Source: Armatimonadota bacterium (lineage in GTDB: Bacteria > Armatimonadota > Hebobacteria > CAIYQO01). From it: DNA of 15,528 nt. The notes under the pieces were generated by a model. It was not told where the DNA came from. It saw nothing but the letters and a program-made list of their open reading frames with translations, and made no database searches. The stretch covers positions 1 through 15,528 of the forward strand of contig JBBRXO010000067.1 in the NCBI GenBank assembly GCA_038248345.1, read 5' to 3'. Below, piece by piece: positions 1 through 6,676 of this stretch. How positions within the stretch are numbered: position 1 is the stretch's first letter; each line of letters starts with the position of its first letter. The translations under genes and the position numbers were made by a program.

Positions 1-851
1 AATTGTTGTAACGCCATGCCCGGCCACACCATGATCTTCAGTATTAGCGAGTCGCGGTAACGACCGGCGAGGCGGAGCAGCTCGTAGCTGACGCCGGCGA
101 TGAGGGGGATCATGATGATGCGCGAGAGCATACGGATGCCGATGTTGCCCGGCCAGCCGATAAGCGCGTGCATGAGGATGCCCACCACGAAGAAGAGGAA
201 AAGGAAGCTGGTGCCGCAACGCGGGTGGATGCGGCTGAACGGCTTCGCGCCTTCCACAGTGAGGGGCGCACCCATCTCGTAGCTGTTCACCACTTTATGT
301 TCGGCGCCGTGGTAGCTGAAGACACGGCGGATTTCTTTATTGTTGCCGATGATCACGATGTAGATCACCAGGAAGAGCAAGCGGATAAGCCCCTCGGCAA
401 TATTAGGCAGGATGCGCCCCGGGGTGGGTAGCAATTGCGACCAGAAATCCAAATTATTATTTTCAAGACTGGGAACACCAGGGATAAACTTAGTCATTAC
501 CGTAGGCAACAGCACGAAGACGCCAATGCCAAAGGCCAGCGCGGTGGCGATGGTGAGGAAATATTGCCACGGGGTCGGCTTCTCCTGCTCTTCGCCCTCC
601 ATCGCAATATCTGCCGACCACATCAATGTGCGGTAGCCGAGCGAGAAGGAGTCGATGAGCGCGGGGGTGCCGCGAAAGAAGGGCCACTTCAGGAAAGGAT
701 ATCTGGCGGTAGCGGTGATGATAGCCTCATGATGGACGACGATATCGCCGTGCGGATTGCGGCACGCAGTGGCCACCCGGTCTTTCCCCCGGATCATCAC
801 TCCCTCGATAACCGCTTGCCCACCGTAGGAGGCGCGCTGTTCTTCTGCCAT
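1..851 (-). CDS. DUF1385 domain-containing membrane protein (YqhQ-like), 3' end runs off the window
   Basis: Not in the ORF track because no stop lies in the window. Manual translation from the ATG at 851-849 gives MAEEQRASYGGQAVIEGVMIRG...FSYHGAEHKVVNSYE...HPRCGTSF...WPGMALQQL, all hallmark DUF1385 motifs. It lies directly downstream of rpmE, a known conserved arrangement. Confidence 0.92.
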   Translation of the reverse strand, partial: MAEEQRASYGGQAVIEGVMIRGKDRVATACRNPHGDIVVHHEAIITATARYPFLKWPFFRGTPALIDSFSLGYRTLMWSADIAMEGEEQEKPTPWQYFLTIATALAFGIGVFVLLPTVMTKFIPGVPSLENNNLDFWSQLLPTPGRILPNIAEGLIRLLFLVIYIVIIGNNKEIRRVFSYHGAEHKVVNSYEMGAPLTVEGAKPFSRIHPRCGTSFLFLFFVVGILMHALIGWPGNIGIRMLSRIIMIPLIAGVSYELLRLAGRYRDSLILKIMVWPGMALQQ

Positions 852-955
852 ATAATGTCCCCTATCCCTGTTCTGTGTAAAGATATTATACACGTTTACG
901 GCCCTCCGCGTGTCTTAAAAGACTGCGAAAGACCATAAATGATGAGGATGGTGAA

Positions 956-1162
956 CTATTTGGCGAATTTGGCGTATTTCTGCTTGAAGCGTTCTACGCG
1001 TCCAGCGGTATCGAGCAATTTATGTTGCCCGGTATAGAACGGATGGCAGGCGCTGCAGATTTCCACGCGGATCACACTCTGCGTGCTGCGCGTCTGAAAA
1101 GTATTGCCGCAACCGCAAGTGACGGTGGCGTTAACGTATGTCGGATGTATCCCAGTTTTCAT
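956..1162 (-). CDS. rpmE: 50S ribosomal protein L31, zinc-binding type (68 aa)
   Basis: MKTGIHPTY...CGCGN...[12 protein letters not shown]...DTAGRVERF, with CxC and CxxC intact. An AGGAG RBS precedes the ATG at 1162, so the 82-aa ORF start at 1204 is too long. Confidence 0.97.
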   Translation of the reverse strand: MKTGIHPTYVNATVTCGCGNTFQTRSTQSVIRVEICSACHPFYTGQHKLLDTAGRVERFKQKYAKFAK

Positions 1163-1194
1163 AATAATCTCCTGTGTGTTTCCACTAACGGATA

Positions 1195-1224
1195 AGTATA
1201 GCATACGGGTGTTTATTCTGGCAA
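1195..1224 (-). promoter_or_regulatory. Putative sigma70 promoter of rpmE
   Basis: The minus strand reads TTGCCA-N18-TATACT, with a TGn extension before the -10, about 30 nt upstream of the rpmE start. Confidence 0.65.
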
Positions 1225-1305
1225 ATTGGCAAGAGCCATACCAGATTAGTCACTTCATAGCATTTTTCTGAACAACTTGTATGGAAAAGCAGCATGTTAT
1301 GGTAT

Positions 1306-1359
1306 CGTGGCATGGGCGTCCCGTAGATCATGAGGTTCTCGAATGACGCCCATGCTACG
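1306..1359. repeat. REP-like inverted repeat overlapping the glycoside hydrolase stop codon
   Basis: CGTGGCATGGGCGTC (1306-1320) and GACGCCCATGCTACG (1345-1359) are 14/15 complementary with a 24-nt loop. The arms carry GTGG/GTAG near their 5' ends. Confidence 0.7.
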
Positions 1360-3553
1360 CGATTCGCGTGCATTTCCCCGCCAGATCATTGACAAAGTCG
1401 GGCGCTACTGCCGTAAGCAGGGCGTTCTCGTCGGTGGCAGTTTCGAGCGTGGATATCACTTCTCCGCGCACGGTATCCCACCACTCAATGCGATACCTCC
1501 CCCGTGGCATGTCGCGCAAGGAGATGCACATACCGCAAACCGGTTCCACCGTCGTGCCATATTTCGCCGTATGCCAGGTGTAATCGCGGTTGTAGAGCCA
1601 GAAACTGGCGTGGTCGGTGTAGCGCAACCCCTGCACGGAGACGCGCGGGGCGCTGGTGCAATAATTGGTAAGCTTCAGGTGACCTGTGATGAACATCCCT
1701 TCCCCAACATTGGTCAGCGTGATCTCATGTTTCCCGGCGGAGACCGGTACTGCCAGACGATCGCAGTAGATATCATCGGTGCCCGCTTCTTTCTGCGTGA
1801 CCACGGGCCGACGTAACGCTACCGCGCCATCAATGCAAATCTCCGCGATTGGACTCCCGCACTCGTCCCCTGCACTTTGTATACCATTACAGTTGTTGCC
1901 GCCACCCCACACCATGGGGATAAATTCTCCGTCAAGAGGATAATCGACGTAGAACGTCAGCCGAAAATTCAGCATAGGCCGATCTGTACCATAATGGGTA
2001 TTCGGGATAAAATGCACTCCTTCATCGACAGATCCGTCCCGTTGTACCGTAAAGATAGAGCGGTAGTAATCGCTGCCGGAGAGCGCGGTGGGGATCTTTG
2101 CCGTCTGCGGTGGATCATATTGCCGTGCGCAGATATTTACTGCCGTGATATCAAGCGGCTCCGTCTCGACTTCATGCCAGCGTTCGTCACGCAAAAATCG
2201 GGAAATACCCTGATATTGCGAGTAGAGCTGGTACTGATGTATGTATTCGTCCCAGAACCATAGGAAGCCGGGGCCGCATGATTTCGCGAGCAAAGTGGTA
2301 GACCAGAGGACGTTATGCAACGTGCTGCCATCCGTCTCCCAGGAAGATTGCTTGCCGGCAAAGGAGACGCCGACTTCACTGGCAATATGTGGTTTACGAT
2401 ATAGTGCAACGTTCGCCTCGTGGTACCCCTTCAGCATAGTGGAGATGTGATCCACGCTATCCATGTACCCGTAATGATGGGTATGGGTGAATTCCAGCTC
2501 CGGCGTGCGCCACATCGCCGCGTAGTTAAGCGGGTGTCCGGTGGAGGTGGTGACGATATGCTGTGCCTGGTCAGCTGCCCGCAGCACACGCGCCATCTCC
2601 TGATGCCAGGCGAGCTGCTGGTGCGAATTAACATGCTCAATACCACACCCATCCACCTCATTCCAGAACTCCCAGCACCAGATGGCCGGGCTGTATCCCC
2701 AGCGGGCGGCCACATATTTCATCTTCTCACGCGTAATCACGCGGGCCGCCGGCATGTTGAAGTAATCTGCGGTCGTTTCACACGGGCCGCCGTTGGCCGT
2801 GCCATACGGAGTGCGGCTGAGGTCATTGGGCGCCCAGTTGTTGGCGGCGTCGATGCAGAACATGATACGCAGACCCAGTCGCTCAGCAGTCTCCACGATG
2901 TAGTCAAGCTTGGCACAACCACGCATATTAAGCTCACCGAAACGGAGCGGGCACTCATCCTCGGCCCCCGTCCAGTCGATGGCATGTGCCGCAAAACAAT
3001 TGGCCCACAGGCGAAACGCCGTTCCACCCGCCGCCGCCAGCTGCTCCAACATCTTCGTCAGGTCGGCCAGCTTCTGCCCGGGCAGATAGCCATAGGAACT
3101 CGGCCAGCAGATGTTGGAGCCAATCGGATAAAAAGCCTCGCCATTCTCTGTCATGAAAGTATAATCGTTGGGGCTGATCCGCACATACCCACTAGCCGTT
3201 GAAGCGGTAGCAACGAAGAGAAATTCTCCGGCTGGTAGTTTGCTGCCATCCCGTAAACGGTATTCCACACTCACCTGGTGCTCGCCCAGCAGCGTAGGCG
3301 CATAGCGCAGGCGGAAATCCAGCGGCCCAGTGGGCCGCGCGATATCAATAGCTTTTGGATCCTCTACAATATCAACTAGCTCATGCGGTTGGCAGGCAAA
3401 TCCACCGACAGCTAGCTGCGTGCCATCAGGACGGATGATCTCGCCCACTAGTTCAATATCACGCGTATCAAAGAGGTTACCCGAGAAATATGGCGCCGGA
3501 AAGATCAGCTCGAACCGCTGATATAGCGGTATTAACGTATTGGTTTTCAACAT
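1355..3553 (-). CDS. DUF5060-domain / GH-A clan (GH5-like) glycoside hydrolase, 732 aa
   Basis: N-terminal Ig-like DUF5060-type segment (YQRFEL...FRLRYAPT..GEH). TIM-barrel motifs FYPIGSNICW, YVAARWGYSPAIWCWEFWNEVD (acid/base Glu), HTHHY and PHIASEVG (likely nucleophile). C-terminal GRYRIEWWDT..G beta module. GGAG RBS; no signal peptide visible. Confidence 0.82.
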   Translation of the reverse strand: MLKTNTLIPLYQRFELIFPAPYFSGNLFDTRDIELVGEIIRPDGTQLAVGGFACQPHELVDIVEDPKAIDIARPTGPLDFRLRYAPTLLGEHQVSVEYRLRDGSKLPAGEFLFVATASTASGYVRISPNDYTFMTENGEAFYPIGSNICWPSSYGYLPGQKLADLTKMLEQLAAAGGTAFRLWANCFAAHAIDWTGAEDECPLRFGELNMRGCAKLDYIVETAERLGLRIMFCIDAANNWAPNDLSRTPYGTANGGPCETTADYFNMPAARVITREKMKYVAARWGYSPAIWCWEFWNEVDGCGIEHVNSHQQLAWHQEMARVLRAADQAQHIVTTSTGHPLNYAAMWRTPELEFTHTHHYGYMDSVDHISTMLKGYHEANVALYRKPHIASEVGVSFAGKQSSWETDGSTLHNVLWSTTLLAKSCGPGFLWFWDEYIHQYQLYSQYQGISRFLRDERWHEVETEPLDITAVNICARQYDPPQTAKIPTALSGSDYYRSIFTVQRDGSVDEGVHFIPNTHYGTDRPMLNFRLTFYVDYPLDGEFIPMVWGGGNNCNGIQSAGDECGSPIAEICIDGAVALRRPVVTQKEAGTDDIYCDRLAVPVSAGKHEITLTNVGEGMFITGHLKLTNYCTSAPRVSVQGLRYTDHASFWLYNRDYTWHTAKYGTTVEPVCGMCISLRDMPRGRYRIEWWDTVRGEVISTLETATDENALLTAVAPDFVNDLAGKCTRIA

Positions 3554-3615
3554 GGATTCTCCAACTGTGAGTGTAAATTTATTCTGTTATGATAATTGCG
3601 AAACCTATTATTTTG

Positions 3616-3746
3616 CTGGGACTAAAGTCCCGGCTGCGTGGCGCTACGCGCCGGTTGTCCGCCTACGCGGACTTTTCCGCCGAAGGTAGTCCGCGAAGGC
3701 GGACGACTGGCATTTTAATGCCCTGCAGCCGGGATTTCAATCCCAG
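3616..3746. repeat. REPIN/MITE-like palindromic element A (three nested hairpin pairs); weaker inverted flanks extend to about 3589-3770
   Basis: CTGGGACTAAAGTCCCGGCTGC pairs with GCAGCCGGGATTTCAATCCCAG. Inner GTCCGCCTACGCGGAC pairs with GTCCGCGAAGGCGGAC. Confidence 0.8.
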
Positions 3747-3824
3747 TGTAAAAAAGTTCTGCAATCACATCACTTACGATATATCCCGCTACACCGACCA
3801 CGCAGGAGCGCAGGTGATACTGAT

Positions 3825-3854
3825 ATGGTACGACTGTCGGGCGTCTCTCGTCAA
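3825..3854 (-). promoter_or_regulatory. Putative sigma70 promoter for the glycoside hydrolase gene
   Basis: The minus strand reads TTGACG-N18-TACCAT, pointing toward the gene starting at 3553. Confidence 0.5.
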
Positions 3855-3863
3855 TCACTAGAT

Positions 3864-3952
3864 AGGAGTATCGTATTTAGCGCCCGTCCCGTCCGCCCAG
3901 TCGTTCACGGCCAGGCCAGGAAGGACGGCTTGTTCATAAAAACAATACCCGT
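3864..3952. mobile_element. Short MITE-like element C (internally deleted relative of element B) with 12-bp flanking direct repeat
   Basis: The ends AGGAGTATCGTATTTAG and ATAAAAACAATACCCGT are imperfect inverted repeats. 3895-3952 closely matches the reverse complement of 5228-5286. The flanks CAATCACTAGAT (3852-3863) and CAATCAGTAGAT (3953-3964) are 11/12 identical. Confidence 0.75.
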
Positions 3953-4001
3953 CAATCAGTAGATATAGACCACGTATATCCATGCAAAAGACATCACTTT
4001 C

Positions 4002-4031
4002 TTGACCACACCCCCCCGTAAAAGGTATAAA
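4002..4031 (+). promoter_or_regulatory. Putative sigma70 promoter of bioY
   Basis: TTGACC-N18-TATAAA upstream of a GGAGGT RBS (4050-4055). Confidence 0.55.
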
Positions 4032-4062
4032 TGGGGGGATAATAACGACGGAGGTGTTGTTT

Positions 4063-4632
4063 ATGAATAGTACAACCCGGGTTGCGGATGTTAGCGCACA
4101 GTTAGCGCGGACATTTGCGCTGACAACGGCAGGGGCGCTGGGGCTGGCATTATGCTCGCAGATCACGTTGCATTTGCCCATTACTCCAGTACCGATAAAT
4201 ATGGGCGTGTTGGGGGTGTTGCTGGTGGCTGGCACGCTGGGGGCACGGCTGGGCATGTTGGCAGTGCTGGAATTTCTGCTGCTGGGCGCTAGCGGCGCAC
4301 CGGTTTTCGCCAGTTTCCAGAGTACGTTGGCGCTCTTCGGCCCTACCGGCGGTTACCTGCTGGGATATCTACCCGCCGCGGCGCTCTTCGGTATGATTTG
4401 CGAGCGTTTTGCCAAGGGAAAATACCTGACGCGCTTCACCGCTACCTTCCTCGGCGCAGTGCCTGCCATCGCTGTCATCTACCTGTTCGGTTGGGCGTGG
4501 CTGGCCTTCGGTTTACAGTTAGGCATGGGGAAAGCGCTGGCGATGGGCGTAATGCCCTTCATCGCTATCGATATGCTGAAGGTCATGCTGGCCGCCTCCG
4601 CGCTGGCCACCTTCACAAAGCGTGATGCCTGA
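4063..4632 (+). CDS. bioY: Biotin transporter BioY (ECF S-component), 189 aa
   Basis: SQITLHLPITPVPINM...GARLG...LLLGASGAPVFA...GPTGGYLLGY...GVMPFIAIDMLK are typical BioY motifs. The GGAGGT RBS lies 7 nt before the ATG at 4063. Confidence 0.93.
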   Translation: MNSTTRVADVSAQLARTFALTTAGALGLALCSQITLHLPITPVPINMGVLGVLLVAGTLGARLGMLAVLEFLLLGASGAPVFASFQSTLALFGPTGGYLLGYLPAAALFGMICERFAKGKYLTRFTATFLGAVPAIAVIYLFGWAWLAFGLQLGMGKALAMGVMPFIAIDMLKVMLAASALATFTKRDA

Positions 4633-5177
4633 TGACCGGGGCAGCAATCGGATTAACGTTGCTCACCCTCTTTACCCTCCCGGCACAATACGGGAGGGAG
4701 TACCCCCCATTGCCCGTGCCACTGCTCGATAGTCTAATCACCTATCAGGAACAGGTTCAGGATAAAACCTACCACAGCGGGGACTGGGTACAGACGGCCG
4801 CCGCCATGGATCGCCTGATCATCCTCGAAGGAAAAGACTATCCTGATCGTTACGCGCTGGCGGCATGGTTCCAATGGACGACCAATGACCCCCGCGCCCA
4901 GAAATACTACCAGCAAATGCTGGCCGCCCACCCGGACAATGCGGACGCCTGGTATGAGCTTGCGCAGTATTACTTCATTAACCGCCGGGAGTACGCTAAA
5001 GCTGAAAAAGCAATGCGCACAGCCATGGCGCTGGGTCTCCCAGCCCCGAAAAACCACCTTCTCGGTTTCTGCCTGATCAAACAAAACAAAGAGGCCGAGG
5101 CCCGCGCCTTCTGGGAGTATCTGCTAAAGATGGACCCTACCGACGAGACGGCCAAGCGAGAGCTGGCGGTTGAGTAG
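4632..5177 (+). CDS. Tetratricopeptide-repeat protein, probable N-terminal signal peptide (181 aa)
   Basis: TPR-like helices YQQMLAAHPDNADAWYELAQYYF and LGFCLIKQNKEAEARAFWEYLLKMDPTDETA, with a hydrophobic N-terminus. The start overlaps the bioY stop (TGATG). Confidence 0.8.
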   Translation: MTGAAIGLTLLTLFTLPAQYGREYPPLPVPLLDSLITYQEQVQDKTYHSGDWVQTAAAMDRLIILEGKDYPDRYALAAWFQWTTNDPRAQKYYQQMLAAHPDNADAWYELAQYYFINRREYAKAEKAMRTAMALGLPAPKNHLLGFCLIKQNKEAEARAFWEYLLKMDPTDETAKRELAVE

Positions 5178-5227
5178 TACCTTTAGCTCACAGAATCATC
5201 ATAATAAACATGAGTCGATATACATTC

Positions 5228-5437
5228 AGGAGTATCGTTTTTAGCGACAAGCCGTACTCCCTGGCCTGGCCGTGAACGACTAGGCTGGAGGGCCTTCGGC
5301 CAATCGCCCTTCGGCCAATCGCCCTTCGGGCGGGACGATGAAGGGAAAGCGTACCCGTCCGAAGGACGATCGGCGTAGCCTTCTAGCCCAGTCGTTCACG
5401 ACTGGGCGAACGGTATGACCCTAAAAACTATACTACT
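5228..5437. mobile_element. MITE/REPIN-like element B with 17-bp terminal inverted repeats and nested hairpins
   Basis: AGGAGTATCGTTTTTAG and CTAAAAACTATACTACT are 15/17 complementary. The stem 5271-5292 pairs with 5379-5400 (19/22). An internal 15-bp tandem unit CCTTCGGCCAATCGC occurs about 2.5 times at 5293-5329. Confidence 0.8.
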
Positions 5438-5486
5438 GGGTATCCATATTGAACTTGGTGCAACTACGGGCAATAATCAAATGAGG

Positions 5487-5510
5487 GAGGTAATTGCATT
5501 ACCTCTTTCT
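5487..5510 (+). terminator. Possible intrinsic terminator of the bioY-TPR operon, overlapping a remnant of an element A end
   Basis: GAGGTAAT-TGC-ATTACCTC is a perfect 8-bp stem followed by TTTCT. Confidence 0.35.
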
Positions 5511-5572
5511 CGCTGGGATTAAAATCCCCGCATAATTATGGGGTTTTAAAATCTGATTAAGGATGGAATAAT

Positions 5573-6676
5573 ATGCAATCGCCTATTGCGCGCTTTTTTC
5601 TTTTTGGGGCTTGTTTCGTCATTATCGTCGCTGGGATGCAGGCGGCGTCCGCGATTCTCGCTCCCGTGCTCTTCGCGCTTTTGCTGACAATAGCGGTGTT
5701 GCCCGTCATCAGATGGCTGGTGCAGCGGCGCGTTCCCACCTGGGCGGCAGTGGCACTGGTGGTCTTCACGGTGGTGGCCGCTGGCGTCGCGCTCATCGGC
5801 TTCGTCACCGCGTCGGTAGTAAAACTCGCTGATGAATTGCCTGCCTACCAGGACAAGTTCGTGAGTCAATTCACCGCCTTAAACGTGTGGGTCGGGGGGT
5901 TCGGCATCCAGCTTCCGCAGCAGTTGCCCCCCGGCACCCTGGCTCCTGCCAATATGCTGGCGGTGGTGGGCAAACTGCTGCGCTCATTGGCGGAGGGTGG
6001 GGTGACAGCTCTCATCATCCTGCTGCTCTTCGTAGTCTTCTCCATTGAGTTGCCGCGTGTCGCCCGGATGATTAACGCTAAAATTGGCGAGGACACCGCG
6101 ATGAAGTCCCGGCTGATGCTGCTGGGTAACAACATAACCGGCTATTTCAATGTGCGGGCGTTCAACAACCTCATCGTCAGCGTCACGTTGACCCTGCTCT
6201 TCTGGGCACTGGGGATAGATCTGGCGATTTTATGGGGCGTACTGGCTTTCTTCCTCGGCTATATCCCTAACGTCGGCCTGCCGCTGGCGGTGCTACCGGC
6301 GTTCCTGCTGGCGTGGTTCGATAAGGGTGTCGGGGTGGCGCTGGTCGTGCTCATCGGCGCTATCATCATCAACTTCATCTCCGATAATATCCTCACCCCG
6401 CGCCTGGCAGGCAAGGAGCTGAATATGTCGCTGACAGCGATCTTCCTTTCCTTCCTCTTCTGGTCATGGATATTCGGCCCCGTCGGCGCGCTCATCTCCG
6501 TCCCCCTCACCTCGCTGCTGATGGCCGGATTGGATTGCTACGATGAAACGCGCTGGATAGCCGACATCCTAAGCGCCAGCAGAATGAAGCGCTTCCCGGG
6601 AAATAAACCCGCCAAGGTGGAGGTGGGCGAGGAAAACCACGAAGGCACGAAGGCACGAAGAGAGAAGAAAGAATAA
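5573..6676 (+). CDS. AI-2E family (UPF0118/PerM, TqsA/YhhT-like) transporter, 367 aa
   Basis: Polytopic membrane protein with family motifs ILAPVLFALLLT, AILWGVLAFFLGYIPNVG, DNILTPRLAGKELNMS and FWSWIFGPVGALISVPLT. Confidence 0.92.
   Translation: MQSPIARFFLFGACFVIIVAGMQAASAILAPVLFALLLTIAVLPVIRWLVQRRVPTWAAVALVVFTVVAAGVALIGFVTASVVKLADELPAYQDKFVSQFTALNVWVGGFGIQLPQQLPPGTLAPANMLAVVGKLLRSLAEGGVTALIILLLFVVFSIELPRVARMINAKIGEDTAMKSRLMLLGNNITGYFNVRAFNNLIVSVTLTLLFWALGIDLAILWGVLAFFLGYIPNVGLPLAVLPAFLLAWFDKGVGVALVVLIGAIIINFISDNILTPRLAGKELNMSLTAIFLSFLFWSWIFGPVGALISVPLTSLLMAGLDCYDETRWIADILSASRMKRFPGNKPAKVEVGEENHEGTKARREKKE

Noticed and set aside
100..938. Several + strand ORFs (60-167 aa) and the - strand ORF at 490-687
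   Set aside because: These are shadows of the DUF1385 gene on the - strand and show no recognisable motifs.
1343..3521. ORFs overlapping the hydrolase, including the 260-aa ORF at 2420-3202
   Set aside because: Antisense or alternate-frame shadows, typical of GC-rich coding DNA.
3589..4256. ORFs 3589-3861 (+) and 3858-4256 (-)
   Set aside because: They run through palindromic repeats and promoters or lie antisense to bioY, with no protein-like signature.
5293..5329. 15-bp repeat as a possible mini-CRISPR
   Set aside because: The units are directly tandem with no spacers and no cas genes are present; this is a slippage duplication inside element B.
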